Below, in pieces: positions 44,001 through 56,885 of a stretch of 64,000 nt of DNA. Origin of the DNA: Hormiphora californensis (lineage: Eukaryota; Animalia; Ctenophora). The position numbers were made by a program, and so were the translations under genes. Under the pieces are notes generated by a model that was not told the DNA's origin, did no database searches, and saw only the letters and a program-made list of their open reading frames with translations. The DNA is taken from positions 5,828,001 to 5,892,000 of the forward strand of contig CM035362.1 of assembly GCA_020137815.1 (NCBI GenBank). Direction: 5' to 3'. How positions within the stretch are numbered: the stretch's first letter is position 1; every line of letters starts with the position of its first letter.

Positions 44001-47000
44001 TTCCGGCATGAAACCCATCAGACTTCAATTATTTGAGGTCCCTCATCCACCATGTAGCTTGGTAGATGGTATTGGCCCTCTAGGCGGTTGTATTAGTTCT
44101 TGTGGACAAACTAGACAGGAAGGCAAGTGCCAAAACTCCTATAATTAGCCGGCACCCAAAAGTTGACCACTTCCTGGCTATTCAAGTCAGCAAAAAGGAC
44201 TAATACTGCCGCCTAAAGGGCCAATACCATCTGCCAAGCTACAAGGTGAATGAGGGACCTCAAATAATTGAAGTCTGATGGGTTTCATGCCGGAAATCTG
44301 ATATTTAGCTCCATAAAATAGACCAAATCTTGGTTTGCTCACTACCCTAGCGATTAGATGGTTGGAAACGGGCGTGGATCGGGCTGAATCATGGTCATTT
44401 GGTCCTAACCTAGTCAGAGAGGGTCTAAGGCAACTCTACAAACGCTCATATCGAAAACCCAATTTGCCAGTCAAGATATTCAACGGTTTAGCACATCTGG
44501 GCATATCTGGTCATATGCGCAACTATTTTGATATATTGTAATGTGGTTTTTGGCCAATAACTTGTAAACGGATGACTTTAGGCTATATATTTCTTCATAA
44601 ATCGTATACTAACATTATATTGCGGTTCGATTAAGGTGGTTAAAAAGTCCGTAGGAGTATCTTGGAGCCGTTTGGGAAGTGCTACTTCCCGCGCATGTGG
44701 CTATAACCTTTATAGCCACGGTGCCACCGGTTAACTACATCCGATTGGCTTCAAACTTCACAATTGTGTTTATATTATCAAAAGCAACTCCCAAAAAAAC
44801 TTCTACAAAAATCGGATGAGTTTGAAAATTTCATGGGGCAACTGGCACACCCTACTGGTTAATACCCATGACAGCCTCTGACTCAGAGCATTGGCGGAGT
44901 GCACGAAAACCTTGGTTAGAGCATTGGCAACCTCGTTAGATTAATTACCTGATTAATTTAATTAATTAATAGTTAATTACCTGGTTGTATCCCTTTCCGT
45001 GGCAAGACCAAACCCCAACTTTGTTGCCCAGACCAGGTTGGAGGGCATCCATACAGATATCTCCCGGTCCTTTCAACTGAAACACATGGTGTCATTAATT
45101 AATTGATTAGTTTTAACTAACAGAGAAACTCAAGCATATAAAATGATTCGTTTTAAATCGGTCTAAGTCTAACGGTCGGCTCCCAAATTTCGGCCCTAAA
45201 ACTTCTAAATGAGTATAGAGGCACTGCGAATGATTTTAGACTTAGCGTCAGGGTCCCTTTTAAATCCAAAAGAATGATTATATGCGTTATTTAACAATAA
45301 AAACAATTTGATTGAAAGAAGTTTTTAGTAAAACATAAATAGTGAAATCAACGAAAAGTGCAAAAAATTAATCAAAGTGAAATCAGCGAAAAGTGCAGAA
45401 AATTAATCAAAATTGTATCGTTTAGTCTGATATGAAACAATAGTGAAAATTAATTAAAGTTGTATTGTTTAGTATCTGATATGAAACAATAGTGAAAATT
45501 AATCAAAGTTGTATTGTTTAGTCTGATATGCTGTCTGTGCTGGTATTCCGATAAGATGTGTTACATCAAACCGCTTCAATTGATCACCCTCTTCCACCGT
45601 CCCTGCAATATTGTGTGGTGATGGATGAGTTAATTAATTAATAATTAGTAATCCAGTCTGTCAAAGCATTGGCCTGACAGAATCCAGTAGTGTTTTAAAT
45701 GGACATAATAAACAAATCGGACTAAAATTTAGTAACAATATGGTGCTTGAAACTTCCTGTCAATAGACCATTTCAAGGTTTCCATTTTGTCCCCATCACA
45801 TTGTAGTAGTACCTGGCAGGAACCGACCGAACCAAGTAAACAACCAATCAGAACTCGTTATTTAGGTCACGTGACTGGTTTTCAGCCAATCAGGGACCAG
45901 TATTTCCTGATTCGGTCGGTTCATGGTACCTGGATTAACATGGTCAAAGTATCCCGTCTGTGCCTGGTTCATACACTCCCCTCCATACAACATCTGACAC
46001 AACTCAACTCCCCTGGCTGGTACCCTCACTGTAACAGGTCCCAACCTGCCCTCCACCACCGGATCCACCCACTTTCTTGGTGCCGTGTCAGTCTCACATG
46101 ACAGAGATCCCAGGACGGTGTAATCCGTGTCAGATGCAGTATAGAAGTTGATGTCAAGAAACACGTTCCTGTTTAGCTCTGGAACGTGTGTCCAGATTTT
46201 GAACATGGTGTCCGTTACCAGGGAAACGCCGTCTGAATCTTTGGCGTAGTCATAGTAACTGAGGCGGTATCCAAAACATGTTCGGAGGATGTCTTCCAGT
46301 GCTTCAATATCTTTCTTGTACTCGACAGGCACCTATTATAAAGTTTGTTTTGTTCAAAACTTTTTTATCTTATCTATTTGTTCGCGGGGAAGGAGGGTCG
46401 AACAAGGCAATATAAAGTGATACACTTTAGAGGCAAATAAAAAAACGGTTTTCCTCGGGAATATATCGCCAGTAAGATTATGGAGGAAAGGGGGACCCTA
46501 AGAGATTCAGGACTGTTTACCCCCAAATTATCACAATTCTCCCTCTCACCATTATATCGATATGTTTCCCCCCACTATACCACAATTCTCTCTCACCATT
46601 ATATCGATATCATCATCCCACGGTATTATTCCTCCATGTCGGGTGTATCCTAGCAACGTACCATAGTAACACCAATAAGGGATACCACGTGATACAAGTA
46701 GCTGGTGGGTCACATCCATCAGCTTGTAAAGGGTGTTGATGAGTGGTTCCGGTGTGTAGAGGGAGGAGATGGCAGATGTGGGAATATCCCTCACTCCCAG
46801 GGCCTTCTTTCGTTCTATTTCTTCATCCCACCTCTATATGATAAACAGTAGGTTTAAATCAGCAGCTCAACAACACTTTTGAGAGTTATTGAGAGAGCTG
46901 GATCCCTCAAACTCAAAACCTTTGTGGCAGCCATGTCTAGCGGTGAAGTGCTCTAAAATCTTATCCAGGGGACCCAGATCGGGCAGCAGACAGCAGCCCC

Positions 47001-50000
47001 TGGGTGGTGACATGTGATCGTTGCTCTCTCTCTTACCTTCCAAGCCTGCCGGACACCCTCATTATCCATCTTGTAGTCATTCCAATATTCCAAACTCCCG
47101 CCCTCCCTCATCAACTCCTTCTCCGATGTCTTGTTCTTCTTCTTTTGATGGTGGTCTCCTCCCTGATCCCCAACTTTGAGCACTTCCAGCTTACCAGACA
47201 TTATGTTGGTATATGTTTCGATATACTCAGAACAAATAAAACGAATGTTTCGATTACGTCTTACGATATACGCAGAACTTTGTCAACTAATCACAAAATG
47301 AATCAAAGAGCAGTAGCCGAAATATTGTGTGGGTTTGTCTAGTACATTGGTGTGATTTCAGCGGTGAATTTGTGGTAAATTTGATCATATCCTTTGAAAC
47401 TGCAGGGAACCTGTGTCGTGTTGACAGTGCCCTAGATGTGCAAGCTGATTAAGTAATGGGAGACATGAGTACGAAGAAAATAAAACAAGCCAAGCAAAGT
47501 CTACAAAAACAAATACCTAAAATTATGTATTGTCTTGTGTTTCAAAACACAATTTACTGAAGAAAGAAAAATCGGAAATGTGACTTGATGCCATAGTAAA
47601 AGGTGTGTTGTATGTGTTTCTTTGCCTAGCTATAGACTCTGTTTCGCGCGCCCCACCCGTGAAACATAGTACAAAATATGTAAAGGAGGGTTAGAAAATA
47701 ACAAGCGTTTCTTACCTCTTGTTGTCATGGTAACAAGTTTCTTACCTCTCGTTGTGATGGTAACAAGTATTTTCTTACCTCTCCATACCCAGCATAGTCT
47801 CGATCGGGTCGGGTCTGATCCGGATATACCTCTCTGAGGTACCAGGAGAAGGAGCGGCACTTTAGTCTCTGTCGGAGTAGCACCCGCGATACGAAATCAC
47901 CAGCTTCCACTTCTCTATGGGTGAGATGTGTGTTACACTTGGCTGGTGTGTTACACTTGGCTGGTGTGTTACACTTGGCTGGTGTGTTACACTTGGCTGG
48001 TGTGTTACACTTGGCTGGTGTGTTACACTTGGCTGGTGTGTTACACTTGGCTGGTGTGTTACACTTGGCTGGTGTGTTACACTTGGCTGGTGTGTTACAC
48101 TTGGCTGGTGTGTTACACTTGGCTGGTGTGTTACACTTGGCTGGTGTGTTACACTTGGCTGGTGTGTTACACTTGGCTGGTGTGTTACACTTGGCTGGTG
48201 TGTTACACTTGGCTGGTGTGTTACACTTGGCTGGTGTGTTACACTTGGCTGGTGTGTTACACTTGGCTGGTGTGTTACACTTGGGTGAGATGTGTGTTAC
48301 ACTTGGCTGGTGACATAGATAGACACATGTATGAGATCTAAGTCGCGTGAGAAAAACGGATTACTAAGTCATCCAGAAGCAATGCTAGGTGTAGTAGTAG
48401 AAGGGAATACTTTGACTATCCATCGACGTCTGTTCGGGTGAAATTGTGGGCCTGTCTCGATAAAAAACGGTATTCAGCAAACTGTTTCAATAACAACTGA
48501 GAACTCTCAGCATCAAAGATTGTTTACGGGAGTGCTCTCCCCCCAAAAAAACTGTTTCGATGAAATAAGAAGTTCCCTACACTATGCCTGATCACTATAA
48601 TAACAGGGATCATCCCCTCAACACTTGTTGAGTTCCCCCTTACTCAACAACTCAACACGTATTGGTTACGAAGTCACCCCTATTATTGCATCTGTGAGTT
48701 CCAGCTTACTTGTTTGATGGCACAGCGGTGTAATGGGCGTCTTTATAATCATCCAACCAGACCTCAACAAGTCGCTTAGTGTTTTGCTGTAAAGCTGTCT
48801 CTCCTGATACCGTCTAAATATTATATGGGATCGATTTAGCTGGTGATTGTATAATTGTGGTAACCTTGGTTACCATTTGGTCGTAGAATATCATATTTTG
48901 TTTGAAGCAATTAATCGTTAAATTATCATTGCATTATCATTCATTGATACAGTCGGACCCCGATTTACCGGGCAAGACCCTTTCCCCCGAGCATCCCGGT
49001 AAATCAGGGTCCAATCATGTACTATGAAACGAGTTTAAATATGGTTTGAAGCTGCTAGAAACAATTGCTGTTACCTTGGCAACGACGCTGCCTCTTCGGA
49101 AGATATGTGACACGTAACTGCATGTGTTTATCTCCAGTGCTCCCCCACACATCCAGATCTGTGGGAAGTGTCTCTGGGTTAGGATTGATTTGATCTGATA
49201 AGAGCAGTTGCCATGGGCGTGAACCCCTGTTGGGGACCCTTTCTGGGTAAGAAGTAAACGCTAGTACGAACTAGGCGTACTCAAACTACTAGTAGCACGG
49301 AAGGCCTTTGTATTGGCCTAGTTATTAAAAATTGAAAACATCATACTTTCCGCAGAGTTCACTTACTCTCAGGAACCGACCGACACAAGTAAACAACCAA
49401 TCAGAACTCGTTATTTAGGTCACGTGACTGGTTATCAGCCAACCAGGGACCAGTATAATTCCTGTCACTTACCCTAAAAGACATTTCGAGGTTCTCCGCT
49501 CCCCACACCTTCATCCCAGGGTCGTATGCCCCAATTTCAAAGAAGAAATCCTTGTCCATGGCAAACAGACCACCAGCCATTGCCGGACTCCTGTGGAATT
49601 ATAGCTGGTTACCATTGGTTACCATTGGTTACCATTGGTTACCATTGGTAATGAAATTCCCCCTCTGCGCTAGCTCACGGAGGGGTAATAATATCGCTTG
49701 TACGGCGGGAAAAAAATTCCTGTGTCCAAACTACAAAACAGAAAGTTCTAATTTTTTGAACATACCGAGGAAATTGTCTGAGCTACCATTACATACCGGA
49801 ATTTTTTGATATTTTTGCCATTAACACTGATTTTGTTTTTGGAAAACTATGAAGATGCTGGAATTTGGCTACAAAAACCTTCAGAAATGTGCAAAATGCC
49901 ATTCCAAAGGTATTAGAGGTGGATTCATTGATAACTAAGCTATAGTCGAGTCAGAAAAAATTCCACAAGATTGGAATTTTATGCCCATATAAGGAGTTAT

Positions 50001-53000
50001 GCGACACACCTCTGTTGTTAAACATGTGGTGTAATCGCTACCGGTCGTTACTTTCTGTAGAATTCAGGTCCTGGTTATTATACAAACTAGTACCATACGT
50101 TTTAGATAGGTTTTAGACAAGTTTTCGATAACTTTTTATGAGAAGGTCCCGTAAATTTTCATTTTTAGGTAGGCGGTATTGTCACCCCTATATGCAATAA
50201 TAGGGGTGACTTCGTAACCAATGGTTACCATTGGTTACCAATGGTTACCATCAGTTACATGCAAACGACCACCAGCCATTGCCGGATCTATAATGTGGAT
50301 TTAGGGGTACCATTAGTTACCATTGGTTACCAATGGTTACCATGCAACAGACCACTGCCATTGCGGGACTCCTATAATGTGGAATTATATAGTGTGTCAC
50401 AAACTGTAATCATGTATATGTGTTGTATCATGGTAACCTTGGATACCATTAGTTACCATTAGTTACCATTGGTTACCATTGGTTACCATTAGTTACCATG
50501 GCAAACAGACCACCTGCCATCGCCGGAGTCCTATAATAATGTGGAATTATATAGCTGGTTACCATTAGTTACCATTGGTTACCATTAGTTACATTGGTTA
50601 CCATGGCAAACCGACCACCTGCCATCGCCGGACTTCTATAATGTGGAATTATATAGCTGGTTACCATTAGTTACCATTGGTTACCATCAGTTACCATGGC
50701 AAACAGACCACCAGCCATTGCCGGACTCCTATAATGTGGAATTATAGGTGGTTACCATTAGTTACCATTGGTTACCAATGGTTACCATGGCAAACAGACC
50801 ACCTGCCATTGCCGGACTCCTATAATGTGGAATTATATAGCTGGTGTCACAAACTGTAATCAATGATATAGCTGTGTTGTATCATGGTAACCTTGGATAC
50901 CATTAGTTACCATTAGTTACCATTGGTTACCATTGGTTACCATTGGTTACCATTAATGTTACCATTAGTTACCATCGGTTACCATTAGTTACCAATGGTA
51001 ACCATTAGTTACCATTGGTTACCATTAGTTACCACTGGTTACCATCGGTTACCATTAGTTACCAATGGTAACCATTAGTTACCATTGGTTACCATTAAGG
51101 TTACCATTAGTTACCATTAGTTACCATTGGTTACCAATTTATACCGACCTAATGGGCTGGCTATCATCAAAGTCTCTCCTCTGCATTTCCCGGGGTGGAA
51201 TGGGCCTCCATTTGAACACCATGTCCCAATCCCAGGCACCCCACTGTGTGTTGTATTTGTCAATAACCAGGTCCAATGAGGTGTGGTCTATTGCTGATAT
51301 AATTGGGCATACCACCTGCGTGGAGTTTAATAGTTAAAACAGGAACCGACCGAACCAAGTAAACAACCAATCAGAACTCGTTAGTTAGGTCACGTGACTG
51401 GTTATCAGCCAATCAGGGACCAGTATTTCCTGATTCGGTCGGTTCATGAGTTAAAATCTCATTCGTAGTTCAGAAATGTGATTAGATTATCCTTGGTGTA
51501 CTGCTTGGGGTAATATCTAGTTGGTGGTAGGGTCTCCCATGATTTTATGAAGATGGTGATTCGAGTATAGTAGAGATTCCTAAACATTAAATGCATTTAA
51601 ATTTGACGAAAGTTATGGGATTTCGCATACCGTTTTGGGGTCTCCCATGACTCTATCAACCAGTGGGGCGTACCATCCAGGAAGAGGTTCCACGTGACTA
51701 TCCAGGAATATCAGAACTTTTCCAGTCGCCTCCTTTGCACCGATAATCCTACTCCTGATCAGACCCTCCCTGATAACGAAACCGCTGTTTTAATGATGTC
51801 ATTAGTGATGTCATTAGTGATGTCATTAGTGATGTAATTGCATTGGTGATGTTATTAGTCATGTCATATTGTCAATGACAATATGACATGACAATTTGTC
51901 ATTCGGATGGCTCACTAAAATTTAATAATGATTTCTTTTAATATATATTAAGTTTACCTTTTGGTGTTCCGTAAAAGTCGTACAAAGGGAAATTGAGCGA
52001 GTTCCTGGTCCAATCGTGGTCCTAATTCATCTACAAATTAGATGACGTGTTAGTTTTTATATGTCATTAATTGCCGTCAAAGGAGCAAAAGAGAGGTTAC
52101 TAAGATAGCTGAAGTGATGTCGTTACAGTGAGATTGTTACAGTAACTAAAGTGAGATTGTTACAGTTACTAAAGTGAGATTGTTACAATAACTAAAGTGA
52201 GATTGTTACAATAACTAAAGTGAAATTGTTACAGTTACTAAAGTGAGATTGTTACAGTTACTAAAGTGAGATTGTTACAATAACTAAAGTGAGATTGTTA
52301 CAATAACTAAAGTGAGATTGTTACAATAACTAAAGTGAGATTGTTACAATAACTAAAGTGTGATTGTTACAATAACTAAAATGAGATTGTTACAGTTACT
52401 AAAGTGAGATTGTTACAATAACTAAAGTGAGATTGTTACAATAACTAAAGTGAGATTGTTACAATAACTAAAGTGAGATTGTTACAATAACTAAAGTGAG
52501 ATTGTTACAGTTACTAAAGTGAGATTGTTACAATAACTAAAGTGAGATTGTTACAGTTACTAAAGTGAGATTGTTACAATAACTAAAGTGAGATAATATA
52601 CCTCTAGAACTCTTGTCGTCCACAATTATAATCTCCTTCAGGCTCTCCATCGGTGTATTAAGCATTATACTGAAAGGGTTAACATAATCAGTTGTTAGGA
52701 TTCTAGTTGTTAGGATGGTAACCATATTGCCATGATGCAGTTGCCATGGTTGCCATGATGCAGTTACCATGGTTACCATGATACGGTTGCCATGGTGATG
52801 GATTGGTACCTGATTATCGTCCGAAGAAGAACGGCCAGCTCTTCATTGTACATGACTATTACCACGCTACTTGTAGTCAGTTCTCCATCTGGTCGGAGTT
52901 TCCTCGCTACCACTCGGCACCTGTGTAGTAGAGACATGTGTTCAGTTATAGGGAACAACCTGGAGACATGTGTGGATCAGAGTCGGTTTGCGACTAGCCC

Positions 53001-54531
53001 TTGAGGCCTTGACCCCTCGTCACTAAAGGCGAGGTAGCTCAATATAATAGGTTAGAGAAATGTACATGTAAAGCAGAGGTTGTCGGTTCGAGCCCGGCCC
53101 TCGCCAGATATTTTTCTGGTTTCCTCCCTATATTAGATCCAGGAACCGACCGAACCAAGAAATACTGGTCCCTGATTGGCTGATAACCAGTCACATGACC
53201 TAAATAAAGAGTTCTGATTGGTTGTTTACTTGTTTCGGTCGGTTCCTGATCAGATCTCGAATTCATTACAATCTTACCCTTCTGTTCGCGGGTCTTTGTG
53301 GCGTCTGTTCAGCGGTAATTTATCACTTAGATAAGTGTTAAACTCATTAAGTTTGAACAGTTCCTCCTTGTAGGATTCTAAATCTAATATCTAAAGGAGA
53401 GATGAGTTTGTAAAAGAACTGATCAACTGCTGTAGTAGGCAAACAACAAACAATAACCTTTTGAAAATATGGGTGTAAATGAATATAATCCTGCAAAGTA
53501 CAAATTGGAAATATATACAGAATTCTGAAAGGGGTAGGTTACCTAGCCTCTGACTAGCATTTTCATGGTCCGGAAACATGGTTTGTACACAAAGAGTGAC
53601 AAATGTTAGGAAACACAAAAAAGAAAGTATACCTCTGACTCTGCTGTTCTGAAGGCTGATGTGTCTAGGTAACGCGGTGTTGATGGATCATAAAACTCCA
53701 ATAAATACGATACGGGATTTCTGGGAGAAGGGATATAATGGGTTTAAAACATAAAACAGTCGGATTTCGGTAAATTATAATAGGGGTCCCCTCAGACGGA
53801 AGGTACATTGACTTATACTAGATACTTGACCCCGATTCTGAAGGCCACTAGGCCAACTGAAGGCGCCTGGTTCAAGTGGTACTGCAGACTGCACTGTATG
53901 GCGTCGCCATACCCCATTTGATTCTCAGTGCGCTCAGATGGGTCGCGGCGCCAGACAGAGACTGCAGCAGCAGTACCTGTAATAATATACGGTGCTCCAA
54001 ATTGCAGCAGCAGTACCTGTAATAATATACGGTGCTCCAAATTGCGGCCACAATGGTCCACAGGAGAAGTAAACCAAGAATTCCGGCAACAATTCCCACT
54101 CCCTTTAGTATAACGGGGGCGTCAGATCGTTCAGAGAACTCCAAAAACTGAGAAGTGAGATTGTTACATTAACTAAGGGAGAGAAGTGAGATTGTTACTT
54201 TAACTAAGGGAGAGAATTCCCACTCCCTTTAGTATAACCGGGGCATCAGATCGCTCAGAGAACTCCAAAAACTGATGAAATAGAGTTCTTTTAGACTCTT
54301 TTAGAACTTTCTTTTCAAATCAGAGAATGCACGGGAACACACTAGATAAACGCAATGGTACTGCTGCATTGCCACCTATAATTCACTTCTTGTATGTGTG
54401 AGATCTTGCACATAACAGGTGTCTATGTCACCAAACACATGCAGGAGCACAATGAAAGCCTAATCTCCAACCTTTTTCTGAGCATGGTGTCTGAAAGTGA
54501 GGACTTTTAACCGGATTTCCGCAGCCCGCAT
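41015..54531 (-). CDS. GALNT: Polypeptide N-acetylgalactosaminyltransferase (GT27) with ricin-B lectin domain and long charged tail
   Basis: ATG at 54531 ([10 protein letters not shown]...), TM segment [59 protein letters not shown] (DxH), [37 protein letters not shown]. Ricin exons are ~45076-44981, 42530-42396 and 42183-42072; last exon 41868-41015. Confidence 0.92.
41942..42070. repeat. (AATTCCT)n heptamer repeat
   Basis: Directly visible. Confidence 0.95.
42668..44854. mobile_element. hAT-type foldback element with ~600-bp inverted arms
   Basis: 8-bp TSD ctggttaa; termini tagggtgtgccagttgcccc; mirror-image ORFs 43710-43961(-) and 44335-44541(+). Confidence 0.92.
42916..43762. mobile_element. 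Long pogo-like MITE nested in the left arm of the foldback element
   Basis: ta|cagtcggacccc...ggggtccgactg|ta; absent from the right arm. Confidence 0.9.
45796..47201 (-). CDS. LicD/fukutin-family nucleotidyltransferase nested in a GALNT intron
   Basis: Exons 47201-47036, ~46833-46597, 46332-~45800; motif [26 protein letters not shown]. Confidence 0.85.
45817..45925. mobile_element. ~107-bp hAT-type MITE (TIR CAGGAACCGACCGAA, 8-bp TSD); about 20 full or partial copies in the window
   Basis: TSD gtacctgg here, agttaaaa at 51340 and atagtttg at 57982. Other copies at ~3258, 8269, 10146, 20972, 21404, 21913, 22423, 25750, 30022, 49370, 53140, 55300, 56190, 57050-57920. Confidence 0.92.
47925..48312. 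repeat. 18-bp perfect tandem repeat (~21 copies) next to a GALNT acceptor
   Basis: Unit tgtgttacacttggctgg. Confidence 0.95.
50215..51137. repeat. (GTTACCATTG/A)n satellite interleaved with partial GALNT exon copies
   Basis: 10-bp periodicity plus six copies of catggcaaacagaccacc(a/t)gccattgccggactcctataatgtgg. Confidence 0.9.
52126..52593. repeat. 23-bp tandem repeat (~20 copies) next to a GALNT donor
   Basis: Unit aaagtgagattgttacaataact. Confidence 0.95.
53028..53106 (+). pseudogene. tRNA-like pseudogene or tRNA-derived SINE head
   Basis: Perfect acceptor stem GGCGAGG/CCTCGCC+A, box A TAGCTCAA..GG and box B GGTTCGAGCCC. The D-loop is expanded and the anticodon stem is broken. Confidence 0.65.
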
Positions 54532-54928
54532 TCTCGGTGTCACTGGCAGAATTCCAAGATTCCGCGGGTAGAGCCCCTGATCCACACTGCAGTAGTAGTG
54601 CTATAAATAGTGTGATCACGTGTTAACGATATTACTGGCAGAATTCCAAGATTCCGCGGGTAGAGCCCCCGATCCACACTGTTGTAGTGCTATAAATTTT
54701 AGTAATCAAATGAGTAATCAAATGAGTAATCAATTGAGTAATCAAATGAGTAATCAAATGAGTAATCAAATGAGGTAAACATTTAAACAGATCACGCGTT
54801 ACTTATATGTATGATATATCATGTGCATACGATGGAAACTTAGATAAAATCAAAATATCAAAATAACGACAAACTAGGGCATATAATCTACGTAACCAAA
54901 TGTACTAAATCACACAGAAGTAACCGAA

Positions 54929-54999
<71 letters not shown>

Positions 55000-55750
55000 T
55001 TGTAAGATGGCAATGCGTGTACCTCACTACCTCATGGAATGCTGGGGCCTTACAACACACACACACTCATATGGTGGCTGTGGGGGAAAACCGCGCTACA
55101 ATTGACCTTATTTGGTCATGTCCTTTTATGGATCGATTTTTTATAGTCTATAGTTCCCAGTTATTTGGAGTTGTATCATATGGATCAGAGTTTCTGTATA
55201 CCGCATTCAAGTGTGTGTACGGCAGAAGAACAGTGCTACATGACTCTGCTGCATGTCGGCATCATGCCACCTAGCACTTAGCAGCCCCATCTTGATACTC
55301 GTCCCTGATTGGCTGATAACCAGTCACGTGACCTAAATATCGAGTTCTGATTGGTTGTTTACTTGTTTCGGTCGGTTCCTGCCCCATCTTGATATGTGTG
55401 GCACAGTCCAATTCCTTTCTTTCCTCTGTCAGTGCGATACCTGCAACCAATCTCGCACAAGAAAGGGTCAGCGTGATACCTAACCACTCTCCTCGCTCCG
55501 CTCGCACGAGAAAGGGTTAAGAGAAAGGATCATTGCGATACTTGATAGTTCTCCCTCAATTCTTGTACAATCATAGTTTTTTTCCGCTTCTTGACTCAGT
55601 CATTACTGCATGGCGGAACACACTGATTTATCCAATCGCTACAATTTAGTACATGTGCTTTATCACTGCATGGCTCTTTGTTCTATCAAGTTTTTAATCC
55701 ACTTGAATCAATCAAGGTCGGAAGGGTATTTGATCATTCACATCTCTCTC

Positions 55751-55781
<31 letters not shown>

Positions 55782-55808
55782 CTCTCTTTCTCTCTCTTTC
55801 TCTCTCTT

Positions 55809-55895
<87 letters not shown>

Positions 55896-56018
55896 GAGGT
55901 ACCTGTTCATTTCGTTCAATACGCGTTAAACATTGCTCTCAATTATGCTTGCTACTCTGATCTTGCACTCATATTAGGGTCCACACAGAGAAAAAAAAAG
56001 AGAGAGAGAGAGAGAGAG

Positions 56019-56066
<48 letters not shown>

Positions 56067-56885
56067 AGAGACTTTGTGCATGCAGTGTGTAGATTCTGTT
56101 TGTAGCGACGAGACACTTTATTTTCTCTGTGACTCCTCAACCGGCTAAATAACGGAATGTCTTTTCCAACCACGTAAGTTCAAACACAAGTAAACAACCA
56201 ATCAGAACTCGTTATTTAGGTCACGTGACTGGTTATCAGCCAATCACGGACCAGTATTTCCTGATTTGGTCGGTTCCTGTTCTAACACCAACCAATAATT
56301 TCTAACTGCATCCACCCGTCTGATACCCTGCATCCATAATTTGTCCATCTATTTATCTGTTTGTTGTGTGACGTCACCTATAATAATACACGTGTTACAA
56401 ATGGTGATAGAATTGAGAAGCACATGTTTCGTCCTGATGTTAGCTCTGCGGTGAAAACATAAAAAACTGATGCGATGAACTCCCTCTCTCCATGAGAGAG
56501 AGCTTGTTCAAATTAAGCAATTGCGTTGCTTGATAAACAAATGGTGGTATATCAATATCAAGCTATAGATCTAAAGAGACCCGTTCACACAGAACTTTCC
56601 AGTTTCCACTTGCAGTTCTATACTGTTTCTTGTTGTTTTTTTGTGTGTGTGAACGCAGTAAGTCTTGTCTTTTTTGAATAGATTCTGAAATCTGAATCCA
56701 ATAATTTATCACCACCTGACAAACCCCTGTCACCATGATAACTCCCATCACCCCCTGTAACCATGACAACCCGGCCTGACACCATGACAACACGGCCTGA
56801 CACCATGACAACACGGCCTGACACCATGACAACACGGCCTGACACCATGACAACACGGCCTGACACCATGACTCCCCCGCCTCAG

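Noticed and set aside
43710-44541. Identical ORFs [13 protein letters not shown] on both strands
   Set aside because: A by-product of the foldback arms; no coding signal.
42645-44913. Possible GALNT exon ([15 protein letters not shown]...) split by the foldback element
   Set aside because: The ricin exons GYNQ and [10 protein letters not shown] join directly and match the family pattern, so this segment is intronic.
47917-48341. Repeat ORFs (CVTLGW)n in three frames; superficially CRISPR-like
   Set aside because: Perfect 18-bp tandem repeat with no unique spacers and no cas genes, in a eukaryotic intron.
53028-53106. Functional tRNA gene
   Set aside because: The anticodon stem does not pair and the D-loop is expanded; kept only as a pseudogene or SINE head.
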